A stretch of 48,706 nt of DNA from Fibrobacteria bacterium (GTDB lineage Bacteria > Fibrobacterota > Fibrobacteria > UBA11236): positions 1 through 48,706 of the forward strand of contig JBGTHM010000003.1 of NCBI GenBank assembly GCA_041746255.1. The letters are read 5' to 3'. How positions within the stretch are numbered: position 1 is the stretch's first letter; each line of letters begins with the position of its first letter. Below are positions 9,765 through 18,839 of this stretch, in pieces. The position numbers and the translations under genes were made by a program. The notes beneath the pieces are model-generated. The model saw only the letters and a list, made by a program, of their open reading frames with translations, made no database searches and was not told where the DNA came from.

Positions 9765-10268
9765 ATGAAAATCGCCCACGCCAGCCAAGTGCTCAGCGCA
9801 TTGGACCATAAGGAAACCGTTTGTGCCCATGGAAACATCGTGCAACCGGAATACCTCAACCTAATCGAGGAAGTTTCACGTAAGGGCTGGGGTTCCACCT
9901 TTTGGGGACGCGAAGGTTCGGTGAATTGGTTCCACATCCCCTTGAGCGCGCCCGTGATGCGCAACGGCGCCCGTCTCAAGCTCTCGCGGGTATTCGTCAA
10001 TTATCACAATACCAGTCGTTCGCCGATTACGGCGGTGCATTTATACGATGGCACCCGTCTGGTCATGGCCCTCAACGACTTGCAACTCTACGGCGACCAT
10101 ACCAAGGGCACCGACAAGTCCAATAGCTGGATATTGAAAACCCCTTCCGAGGTGACGGGCGGACTGGGAATTTCGATTTCAGTCCAATTTCCCCAATCCA
10201 CCGACAACAACACGGCCAGGTGGATTCTTTTCACCACCGCCGGCGCCGAATTCAGGCTGGAGCCCTAG
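9765..10268 (+). CDS. Hypothetical protein, probably DUF6623-like
   Basis: 167-aa ORF with HGN..QPE, GWG, NWFHIP..P and VHLYDG pattern, recalled from that family (unverified). Confidence 0.55.
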   Translation: MKIAHASQVLSALDHKETVCAHGNIVQPEYLNLIEEVSRKGWGSTFWGREGSVNWFHIPLSAPVMRNGARLKLSRVFVNYHNTSRSPITAVHLYDGTRLVMALNDLQLYGDHTKGTDKSNSWILKTPSEVTGGLGISISVQFPQSTDNNTARWILFTTAGAEFRLEP

Positions 10269-10434
10269 AGCCTCCTCGCGCAGTCTTCGTTATTCGTCCC
10301 CTTTTTTCGCCGCTTTTTCCTTGCGCTACCGCCTCGCAATTCCTTTTTTCACTAAATCGATGGATTCCATGCACCTCCAGGGAGGGAAGGCAGTTTGGAG
10401 AATAAATGAATTGCATCGTCAAGGAGATCGTCGC

Positions 10435-11514
10435 ATGAATGAACAAAATGCTTCTACCCTGACCGACCGGGAATCCTTTCCGGCGTCCAATCTGGAAACC
10501 TTCGCCGAAGAATCAATCAAGCCCCGCATCGGATTTTTAGGATTGGGTTCGATAGGCCGCCAGCGCATGGCGTCGTTAATCGGTTCGGGCGCTATCGACG
10601 CCTCCGCCCTCGTGGAACCCGATCCCGATTGCCGCGAAGCCGCCCTGGCCAAGGCGCCGGAAATTTTCGTATGCGAATCGATGGAAAGCCTTTTATCGCA
10701 GGGGCTGGACGGCATCGTCATCGCGACCCCCAGCGATCTGCATGCCGCCCACGCGGAAGCCGCGTTGCAAACCGGGCATGCGGTTTTTTGCCAGAAGCCG
10801 TTGGGAAGAACCGCTCCCGAAACGGCGCGAATTGTGGAAACGGCTTGCCGCGTCGATAAATTGCTGGGCGTCGATTTGAACTACCGTTACATGCAGGGCA
10901 CGCAACTCGCCAGGCGCCTCATCGATTCGGGAGAACTCGGAGAAATCTATTCCGTCGACCTGGTTTTCCACAACGCCTATGGCCCCGATAAGCCCTGGTT
11001 TTACGACCGCGCCCTGTCAGGCGGAGGATGTCTTATCGATCTCGGAATCCACCTCATCGATTTGGCGCTGTGGCTATTTCCCGGGGCGCGGCCCGAAAAT
11101 ATCTCGGGCACCCTGCTGACGCGTGGACTTCCTCACAAGCCTTACGGCGGCGCGGCGCATGGAGAGGTGGAGGATTTCGCCGCCGCACAATTCGACCTTA
11201 CCGACGGTCCCCATGTGCGACTGGCCTGTTCGTGGCGCCTTCCCGCCGGTTGCGATTCGGTTATCCAAGCCAACTTCTACGGCACGGGAGGCGGGCTCGC
11301 GATTCGCAACGTGAACGGCTCCTTTCATGATTTTCAAACCACGCGTTTTCGTGGAACCGTTTCCGAAGTGGTGCAAACCCCGCCTGACGACTGGGAAGGC
11401 CGGGCCGCGCAAAATTGGGCTTCGCGTCTGGCGCGTGATGAGGGATTCGATCCGGAGGCCCGAAGCATAACAGCTACGGCCGCCGTGATAGACGTGATTT
11501 ACGGAAGGAGATAA
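10435..11514 (+). CDS. Gfo/Idh/MocA family oxidoreductase
   Basis: GFLGLGSIG, IATP..LH, CQKP, GGGCLIDLGIHLID. ATG 10435 follows AAGGAG. Confidence 0.9.
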   Translation: MNEQNASTLTDRESFPASNLETFAEESIKPRIGFLGLGSIGRQRMASLIGSGAIDASALVEPDPDCREAALAKAPEIFVCESMESLLSQGLDGIVIATPSDLHAAHAEAALQTGHAVFCQKPLGRTAPETARIVETACRVDKLLGVDLNYRYMQGTQLARRLIDSGELGEIYSVDLVFHNAYGPDKPWFYDRALSGGGCLIDLGIHLIDLALWLFPGARPENISGTLLTRGLPHKPYGGAAHGEVEDFAAAQFDLTDGPHVRLACSWRLPAGCDSVIQANFYGTGGGLAIRNVNGSFHDFQTTRFRGTVSEVVQTPPDDWEGRAAQNWASRLARDEGFDPEARSITATAAVIDVIYGRR

Positions 11515-11539
11515 TTGGAAAGCGTTTGAAGCTCGGCGA

Positions 11540-12100
11540 TCAGGTACTTGCGGCGCCCCGCATCATGATGATCTTTCCCGTACGCACCATTTCCACGATG
11601 CCATATTTATCGAGCATGAGTTCCATCGAGTCGAGCTTTTCCGTACTCCCCGTAACCTGAAGCATCAGGGTGGTCTCGGTCAAGTCAACCGTCTGGCTCT
11701 TGAAGTATTCTGCGATTTGCAAAATTTCGGTCCGTTTTTCCGGAGGGCAGTTCACTTTGATGAGTGCGAGTTCCCGGTCGACGGTAATCTGGCCGGTATG
11801 GTCCTCGGCATGAATAACGTCTATGAGCTTGTTGAGCTGACGGATGATTTGTTCGAGAGTCTTGGCTTCGCCCGATGCCACGATATTCATTCGCGCAAAC
11901 TTGCCGTCATGGGCCGGCGAAACCACCAGGCTGTCGATATTGTAACCACGGCGCCCGAACACCAAGGCGATGCGAATGAGCATGCCCGGTTTGTTGGCCA
12001 CCAGCAGGCTGATGGTATGCGAGGCATGGCCCGGAGGGAGACTCTGGGTCCGCTTGGAGGTTGGCCCCGGGGCCGTTTGGGTTTTTCCGTTGATTATCAC
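11540..12100 (-). CDS. ilvN: Acetolactate synthase small (regulatory) subunit
   Basis: HTISLLVANKPG, RRGYNIDSL, RELALIKV, EMVRTG. Confidence 0.96.
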   Translation of the reverse strand: MIINGKTQTAPGPTSKRTQSLPPGHASHTISLLVANKPGMLIRIALVFGRRGYNIDSLVVSPAHDGKFARMNIVASGEAKTLEQIIRQLNKLIDVIHAEDHTGQITVDRELALIKVNCPPEKRTEILQIAEYFKSQTVDLTETTLMLQVTGSTEKLDSMELMLDKYGIVEMVRTGKIIMMRGAAST

Positions 12101-12137
12101 TGTCGATTTCCTCTCGAATGAATTTGCATGTCGACTC

Positions 12138-13853
12138 TCAGGTGCTTCCCACGGGCTTGGCCATGGCCTTGCGTGGAGCTTCGAGCACCATTTCGGAGAT
12201 TGCCGCGCCGGCCGGTATCATGGGGAAGACGTTGTCTTCCTTCTCCACTTCCGCCTCGATGATACAGGGACCTTCGTTATAATCCAAGGCCGCCTGCAAA
12301 GTCTTGGTCACGTCGGCGTTACGCTTGATACGAAAACCCTTCATTCCATAAGCTTCGGCCAGTTTGACGAAATTGGGGCTGCCTTCCAAATCCACGCCCG
12401 AAAGCCGGTTTTCGAAAAACAGGTTTTGCCATTGGCGCACCATGCCCAGATACTTGTTATTGATGATGAGGATTTTGATGGGCAGCTTGAAATTGAAAGC
12501 CGTCGCCAGTTCCGACATGGTCATCTGGAAGCCGCCATCGCCCACCACCGCTATAACCAAAGACTCGGGCCGCGCAAGTTGCGCGCCGATGGCCGCGGGA
12601 AACCCGAAACCCATGGTGCCCGCGCCGCCGGAGGAAATCCAGTGATAGCGTTGGTCGGTGAGATAGAATTGCGCCGCCCACATCTGATGCTGACCCACAT
12701 CGGTCGTCACCACGGCTTTGCCTTTGCTGAGCTTATACATCTCGTCGAGCACGTATTGCGCCTTAAGGCCGCCCTGCTTGCCATAAGCAAGCGGGAATTT
12801 CTTTTTGAGCTTGTCCAGGTGCTTGAGCCAGTCCTCGGTGTCTCCCTTTTTCGCCACCGCGTTCAAATCCTCCAACACCAGGCGCGCATCGCCTACAATG
12901 GAAACGTCGGGCCTTATCATTTTGTTGATTTCGGCGGGATCGATGTCGACATGGATTTTAACCGCGTCCGGACAAAAGGCATCGTACTTTCCGCAAATCC
13001 TATCGTCCCAACGCGATCCCACCGACATAATGAGATCGCATTCGACCACGGCCTTGTTCGCATAGGCCGTGCCATGCATGCCGAGCATTCCCAGGCTGAG
13101 TTCATGCGTTTCGGGAAACGCCCCTTTGCCTAGCAACGTATTGACTACGGGAAGACGCAATTTCTCGGCGAAGGTGCGCAAAGCCCGGCCGGCATCTGAA
13201 ATAACCGCTCCATGTCCAATGAGCAGTAGCGGGCGCTTGGCTTTTTGCAGTAAATCGGCGGCGCGGCTTATCGCATGCGGGTCGCCCTTGCCCGGTACCG
13301 TATAACCGGGTAAATCCATTTCCACGTTGAAATCGGGTTCGAATACGGCCGAGGAAATATTCTTGGGAATGTCGATAAGCACCGGACCCGGGCGACCGCT
13401 CTCAGCGATGTAAAATGCCTCTTTAATGATACGGGGGATGTCTTCCACCTTTTTCACGAGATAAGAATGTTTCACTACGGGATAGGTGATTCCCACAACG
13501 TCGGCTTCTTGAAAGGCATCCAATCCCAGCATGCTGGAAATGGTCTGCCCGGTAAGAATGATCATCGGCACCGAGTCCATCTGGGCGGTGAGAATTCCCG
13601 TTACCGTATTGGTAGCGCCCGGACCCGAGGTAACCAGTACCACGCCGGCTTTGCCGGTAGCGCGGGCCATTCCATCCGCCATATGCGCAGCGCCCTGTTC
13701 ATGGCGGGTCAAAACGAATTTGATGGGGGAATCGACCAAGGCATCGAAAATGGGAATGGCCGCTCCCCCGGGATGGCCGAAAATGTACTCCACCCCGTGC
13801 TGGTGGATGGCATGGATGAGCGCTTCGGCACCGGTACAGGTTTTATTTCGCAT
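12138..13853 (-). CDS. ilvB: Acetolactate synthase large subunit, biosynthetic type
   Basis: FGHPGGA, RHEQGAAH, TSGPGATN, GMLGMHG, ThDP motif GDGGFQM...NN, GMVRQWQ. Confidence 0.97.
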   Translation of the reverse strand: MRNKTCTGAEALIHAIHQHGVEYIFGHPGGAAIPIFDALVDSPIKFVLTRHEQGAAHMADGMARATGKAGVVLVTSGPGATNTVTGILTAQMDSVPMIILTGQTISSMLGLDAFQEADVVGITYPVVKHSYLVKKVEDIPRIIKEAFYIAESGRPGPVLIDIPKNISSAVFEPDFNVEMDLPGYTVPGKGDPHAISRAADLLQKAKRPLLLIGHGAVISDAGRALRTFAEKLRLPVVNTLLGKGAFPETHELSLGMLGMHGTAYANKAVVECDLIMSVGSRWDDRICGKYDAFCPDAVKIHVDIDPAEINKMIRPDVSIVGDARLVLEDLNAVAKKGDTEDWLKHLDKLKKKFPLAYGKQGGLKAQYVLDEMYKLSKGKAVVTTDVGQHQMWAAQFYLTDQRYHWISSGGAGTMGFGFPAAIGAQLARPESLVIAVVGDGGFQMTMSELATAFNFKLPIKILIINNKYLGMVRQWQNLFFENRLSGVDLEGSPNFVKLAEAYGMKGFRIKRNADVTKTLQAALDYNEGPCIIEAEVEKEDNVFPMIPAGAAISEMVLEAPRKAMAKPVGST

Positions 13854-14262
13854 TTTTAAATCCCTCTAAGGCCAAGTAGTTCGAATTTGAATACAAAAAC
13901 TTACTATTTGAGAAAGAATAAATCAATTTTTATCAGATTTGTCATTTTTAGGTCAATTTTAAACTGGAATGACATTGAGATTTGCTTACCAATCCTCAAA
14001 AAATACCCCATTTCCCCATAATTAAGGACTCTTCTAGAAAATTTTGAGCAGAAAATTGGATTTTTACCCTCAAGTTTAGGATTGATTCGAAATTTATTCG
14101 TTAATAACTCGCCATTTGACCCCATTTTCTAAAATTTTTTCTGAGCATTTTAGAAATACCTCCTTTTCTTCGAGGACAATTTCTGTCCTAGGGAAGCGTT
14201 ATATTCATCCCTATCCGAATTTCGCTGCCCGTGGCGATTTCTCATAATCCAAGGAGTTGAAT

Positions 14263-14934
14263 ATGGTTCGCCTCAAAGGACTACCCCCACAAGACCGCCC
14301 CCGTGAAAAAATGATGCAGGAAGGACCCCAAACCCTGAGTAACGCCGAATTGATGGCTATTGTGCTGGGAAAAGGGGGGCCGGGAAAGGATGTGCTGCAT
14401 TTGGCGCAAGAAGTCGTAGAGGGCTTGAACGGCATTTGCGAAGAACCCTCCTGGGAGAAGCTATGCCAAATTGCCGGTATCGGCCCCGCCAAAGCCTGTC
14501 AAATTCTCGCCAGCGTGGAGTTCTCCCGGCGCTTTCTCACTTCCAAGCAACGCCTCCGCATCAGTACTCCGAAAGACGCGCTGCCTGCATTGGCAACACT
14601 GAAAGCCAGTCCTCAGGAAGCCTTTGCCGTTCTCACCTTAGACGCCGGAAACCAGTTGATTAAATGCCATATGGTAACTGTGGGATTGGTGAATCAAAGT
14701 CAAATCCACCCCCGCGAGGCCTTTCATTGCGCCGTAGCAGACCGAGCCGTAGGCATAATCGTCGCCCATAACCACCCCTCGGGGCGACTACTTCCTTCCG
14801 ATGCCGACTTGCAAGTAACCCGCCGCCTGGCCCAAGTCGGCCAGACTTTGGGAATCCCGGTGCTGGATCACCTTATCGTCACCGCAGGGGGTGTTTTGTC
14901 GTTGCGGGAAAGCCACTCCCATTATTTTATCTGA
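14263..14934 (+). CDS. radC: RadC/UPF0758 JAB-domain protein
   Basis: RPREK, LSNAEL, GIGPAKA, HPRE, HNHPSG..PS..D, LDH. ATG 14263 follows AAGGAG. Confidence 0.95.
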   Translation: MVRLKGLPPQDRPREKMMQEGPQTLSNAELMAIVLGKGGPGKDVLHLAQEVVEGLNGICEEPSWEKLCQIAGIGPAKACQILASVEFSRRFLTSKQRLRISTPKDALPALATLKASPQEAFAVLTLDAGNQLIKCHMVTVGLVNQSQIHPREAFHCAVADRAVGIIVAHNHPSGRLLPSDADLQVTRRLAQVGQTLGIPVLDHLIVTAGGVLSLRESHSHYFI

Positions 14935-14970
14935 CCGCAAAGCCAACCCGCTTCGTGCCAGAACAGCAGT

Positions 14971-16185
14971 CTAAATACTTGGGCGGTAAATTTTTTCCAG
15001 CGATGGCCTCCCTAAAAAATTGGGCATCAAGCGCATCGCGCTATCCCGTAACCCCGTGAGGAAGCGGTTTTCCCATTGGCCCATGAACCCCACCTGGGAG
15101 GACAGGCCGCGAAGATAGCGCACCCGTGGGGCACGCAATGCATGAAACCTGCGCAAAGCTTCGGGTAAGGGCCAAGTCGCCACGCAACGCCCCAAGGCAA
15201 CGGCGTCTTCCAAAGCCTGGCATCCTCCCTGCCCCAGGTTCGGACTCATGGCATGAGCGGCATCGCCAATGAGAACGATTCCACCCTTTCCCCAATGGGG
15301 CAAGCTTGGCAAAGCGAAAACACCGTTTCGAATAAGAGCTCCTGCCGGGGTTGCCGCGATTAAATCTTCTACAGGCCGCGGGAAACCCCGAAAATCAGCC
15401 AGCAGCTTTCCCTTATCGGCATCTGCCGGCCCGTCTTTGTTCGTTTTACCCGGTTTAGCATTGGAGGTTGCATACCAATAAACACGCCCTTGCCCCATGG
15501 GAAGAAGGCCGAAGCGACGTCCCCGCCCCCACAATTCCAAAAGGCCTTCGTCGTCGATGAGCGAGTAAGGGTAAGGCGCCACTCCGCGCCAAGCTATGTA
15601 TCCCTCGTAACCTGGAGCATACCCTGGCCATAATTGTCGGCGTATGGTGGAGTGGATGCCGTCGGCTCCTACCAGCAGATCGCATTCGATATGGCTTCCG
15701 TCCGTAAAATAGACCTCAATCCGTTCCGGGCCATGGGCGAAGCCGACGCAGGATTTATCGGCGAGCAAGACTCCGTCTCCCGCCGCCTCGAAAAGAGAAT
15801 CCGCAAGCAGGGATTGCAATTCGGCACGATGCAAACAAACCGCAGGTGCGCCTCTTCCACCATATAGGCGCATCAAGTCCATTTCACTAAATGACGCCCC
15901 ACTGGAACCGGCAATGCGCAGCCTGCGCAGGAGACGGCCACGAGCGACGACTTCCTCCCGGAGGCCCAGCGCGGCCAGCGCCTCCAAGGCATTGTGCCAT
16001 AAGGATAAGCCCGCCCCGACTTCAGGCAGCGAAGCCGTTCTCTCGGCGACGCGGACGGAAAAACCCGCGCGCTTCAGCGAAAGGGCGGTGGCTAGGCCCG
16101 CTATACCAGCGCCGACCACCAAGGCGGTTTTTGCGGAAGGGAGAGAGGAGTAAGAATTTGGGACTACAAAAGCTCCCGTATCCAT
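14971..16185 (-). CDS. FAD-dependent monooxygenase (aromatic-ring hydroxylase family)
   Basis: GAGIAG, GADGIHS, GDAAHAMSPNLGQGGCQALED. Confidence 0.92.
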   Translation of the reverse strand: MDTGAFVVPNSYSSLPSAKTALVVGAGIAGLATALSLKRAGFSVRVAERTASLPEVGAGLSLWHNALEALAALGLREEVVARGRLLRRLRIAGSSGASFSEMDLMRLYGGRGAPAVCLHRAELQSLLADSLFEAAGDGVLLADKSCVGFAHGPERIEVYFTDGSHIECDLLVGADGIHSTIRRQLWPGYAPGYEGYIAWRGVAPYPYSLIDDEGLLELWGRGRRFGLLPMGQGRVYWYATSNAKPGKTNKDGPADADKGKLLADFRGFPRPVEDLIAATPAGALIRNGVFALPSLPHWGKGGIVLIGDAAHAMSPNLGQGGCQALEDAVALGRCVATWPLPEALRRFHALRAPRVRYLRGLSSQVGFMGQWENRFLTGLRDSAMRLMPNFLGRPSLEKIYRPSI

Positions 16186-17054
16186 TTTTCCAGTTGGGCG
16201 GAATTGTGGGCGCCGACTTCGACGCGTTGCACCACGCCCGCTCTATCGATGAAAACCAAAGTGGGGTAGGCATAGGCCCGGAATGCACGCGTGGTCAACC
16301 CGGAAACATCCCGAAAGAGGGGATAGGTTTGTTTCGACGCTTCCCGAAAACTCTGCAGCTCCTCGCGGCTTTCGGAACTGATCCCGATGATTTGCACGCC
16401 TTCGTCGCGGAATTTGTCGTAAAGCGAATTCAGATAGGGAATGGTCACCCGGCAGGGACCGCACCAAGTCGCCCAGAAGTCAAGGACGACCACCTTACCG
16501 CGATTGGTTTCCAGGGTTCCCACCGGAAGATGATAATAATCGCCTTGGAGCGGAGGTGCGACGCTTCCGATCAGAAGCTGGGTAATGGCCGCCATATCTT
16601 CCGGTCGCGGTGACAAGGCCATTTTCTGGGTCAGGATTTTCCCCTCACGCCCCAAGCGCACTTCAACCACGTCACCCACCTGTTTGCTTCCGATGGAATC
16701 GAGCAGGGTTTTGCGTCCGGAAAGGGGCGCGCCATTAACCGCCAGAATATAATCGCCCGGCTTGATACCCGCCTGGTCGGCCGAGGTTCCGGAGAAAACA
16801 TCCTGCACCCGTACTGCTCCCTCTTTACCGGTATGCGCATAGATCGCGGGAATTTCGGATTGGGGAATATCGGCAAAGGATATTCCCAACCAGGCTTTGG
16901 GAGGGGCGGTATTCCCGGGCCGACGGAGCGCGAAGGCATCATTAACGAAGCTTAAAAACAGGGTAAGGAAAAATAATAGAACCGAGGCCTTATATCCGGA
17001 GGAGATACGGCCTGAAAGAATTAATCCGCCCAAGCAATTGGAAAGTTTCGCCAT
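16164..17054 (-). CDS. Exported PDZ-domain + TlpA-like thioredoxin fusion
   Basis: Signal-like hydrophobic segment, PDZ (WLGI, ADQAGIKPGD.I..VNG), then DFWATWCGPC and YPT. Confidence 0.85.
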   Translation of the reverse strand: MAKLSNCLGGLILSGRISSGYKASVLLFFLTLFLSFVNDAFALRRPGNTAPPKAWLGISFADIPQSEIPAIYAHTGKEGAVRVQDVFSGTSADQAGIKPGDYILAVNGAPLSGRKTLLDSIGSKQVGDVVEVRLGREGKILTQKMALSPRPEDMAAITQLLIGSVAPPLQGDYYHLPVGTLETNRGKVVVLDFWATWCGPCRVTIPYLNSLYDKFRDEGVQIIGISSESREELQSFREASKQTYPLFRDVSGLTTRAFRAYAYPTLVFIDRAGVVQRVEVGAHNSAQLEKWIRELL

Positions 17055-17058
17055 TCCG

Positions 17059-17493
17059 CTAATTTAGCAAATGCGCCTCTACCGGCCTATTCTGCGTAAA
17101 ATCTTGTTCCCCATGCCTATGGATTTCCATCGCTTCGGGAATATAATGCAATTGCTTAACCTGTTCCAGAGAGACGCCCTGCCCTACCAGATAATCCACG
17201 ATGACCTGGGATTGGGTTTGCAGGCGGGTCAAATAGGCCGCGGTATCACCTCCCTGGTAAATTTGGAATACCCGGATTTCTACCACACTGTCGGGATAAG
17301 CCCTAAGGCGCGTTGCGAATTCATTCAAAGAAGAAGCCGCCCTAGCCGTCAATTCGGTGGTACCCGGACGAAATGTCCATTGGGGGAAAAGTTCGGTTTT
17401 TTTAAGCGGCGGTACGACCGGCTCCAGCTTTTGCGCCGACAACATTGCGCAACCGAGCAGCAAAATTCCCAAGGCAAAAAATGTCCGACGCAA
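17059..17493 (-). CDS. Small exported OmpA-like domain protein (divergent)
   Basis: Signal peptide, then F..G...L, V.YL...GV and NR.VE pattern of the OmpA C-terminal domain. Confidence 0.6.
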   Translation of the reverse strand: MRRTFFALGILLLGCAMLSAQKLEPVVPPLKKTELFPQWTFRPGTTELTARAASSLNEFATRLRAYPDSVVEIRVFQIYQGGDTAAYLTRLQTQSQVIVDYLVGQGVSLEQVKQLHYIPEAMEIHRHGEQDFTQNRPVEAHLLN

Positions 17494-17494
17494 A

Positions 17495-18760
17495 CTACCG
17501 ACCTTTCGTTGGCTCCAGTATACTCTTGGGCGAGGCTTCCATGCCTGCCACCGGAGGCACCTTCAAATCCAGGAGAAAACGGGTACCGAATACTCCCGCA
17601 CCCAGCGCGATAATTGCCGCTGTCCAATAGACGGCCGGAAGGGAAACCCATTCCCAGATGATTCCGGCCAGCAAGGCGCCCAAAGCATAGGGAATGCTCC
17701 CGCAAAAAACCATGGAAAAGGTTTGCAGGGTGGGCCGCTCCGAAGGGCCGTAGCAGCGATCGAGATACACGTTGAAACCGGTAGCCGCGCCCGCGAAGAA
17801 AAAACCGTGTAAGGTCAACGACAGGTAAAATTGCCACAGGCTTTGCGAGAAACCCATGCCGGCCAATTTGACCACCGTACCCAAAACGCCCAGCAGCAGA
17901 ACGTAACGGAGATGGTACTTCCGCAGGATATAGATACAGAGGAACATCCAGGGAACTTCGCATGCGGTGGAGATAATCCAGGCCTGGCTGATGGATTGCT
18001 GCCCGCTCTCCCAGTGATTGATGAGGTAATTGCCCTGCACGCCCGTGGCCATGGAGTTCGCCAGGTTGACGACACCGATAATGATCAGCAGCCGTAAGGT
18101 GCGGGGCCGCGCCAAAAGGCGCAGCGCCTTCTTGAGGCTGGGGGCTGCCTTCATGGGGATCCCCGTATCTTCTGGGTTACGGTAGGCCCGGTGAATGCTT
18201 AGAAATGCCACTCCCAGAGCCAGGGCAAACCCTCCGTACAGCCAGGGGAGATCGGACAGGTCTTTGAAAAAAACGCTCCCCAGGCAACCGATGAGAAAAC
18301 CGACGGTGCCCAGGGTTCGTAATTTGAAAAATAGCCCATGGCCGAGATGACGCAGATTCTCCAACGTACAAGCCACGTTCAACGGATGAACGCTGGACAG
18401 ACAAAAAGTACCCAGGGCGAAAACCGACGCCAGCGCCCAAAAGGTGTCGAGATGGGGAAGCGCCACCAGACAGATTCCGGATAAAGCCAACATGATAAGC
18501 AGGGGGCGTCGCGCCCCTCCCATATACCGGATAAGATGCACTTGGGCCGCGGGTGAAAGGATGGCCGCCGCATATCCCATTGTGAGCACCAAGCCCACCT
18601 CAATAGCCTTCAGGCCTTTGGTTTCGAAGAGGTAGGAATGGAATTGCGCGCTGGAGAAGCCCAGAAAAATGAGGAACATAGCCAAACTGGAACCCAATAG
18701 GGAACTGGATGGCGATGACGGATGCGTATCAGGGGGCGAGGAAGGCAGGATTCTCTCCAA
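17495..18760 (-). CDS. MFS transporter
   Basis: About 12 hydrophobic helices, with LRTLGTVGF and EVP.M motifs of the NHS/MFS_1-like group. Confidence 0.85.
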   Translation of the reverse strand: MERILPSSPPDTHPSSPSSSLLGSSLAMFLIFLGFSSAQFHSYLFETKGLKAIEVGLVLTMGYAAAILSPAAQVHLIRYMGGARRPLLIMLALSGICLVALPHLDTFWALASVFALGTFCLSSVHPLNVACTLENLRHLGHGLFFKLRTLGTVGFLIGCLGSVFFKDLSDLPWLYGGFALALGVAFLSIHRAYRNPEDTGIPMKAAPSLKKALRLLARPRTLRLLIIIGVVNLANSMATGVQGNYLINHWESGQQSISQAWIISTACEVPWMFLCIYILRKYHLRYVLLLGVLGTVVKLAGMGFSQSLWQFYLSLTLHGFFFAGAATGFNVYLDRCYGPSERPTLQTFSMVFCGSIPYALGALLAGIIWEWVSLPAVYWTAAIIALGAGVFGTRFLLDLKVPPVAGMEASPKSILEPTKGR

Positions 18761-18780
18761 AATGGCCTTCCAATGATAAC

Positions 18781-18806
18781 AAAAAGGCGGGGCCCAAGGG
18801 CCCGCC
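18781..18806 (-). terminator. Intrinsic terminator after the large lipoprotein gene
   Basis: GC-rich hairpin GGCGGGGCCC-AA-GGGCCCGCC followed by T5 on the minus strand. Confidence 0.7.
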
Positions 18807-18839
18807 GGATTTTCTTAGAAATAGGAAAAGGCTTACGGC

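Noticed and set aside
13904..13945. Possible ilvB attenuator leader peptide (MTNLIKIDLFFLK)
   Set aside because: There is no run of Ile/Leu/Val codons beyond AT-rich expectation, and no terminator hairpin before ilvB.
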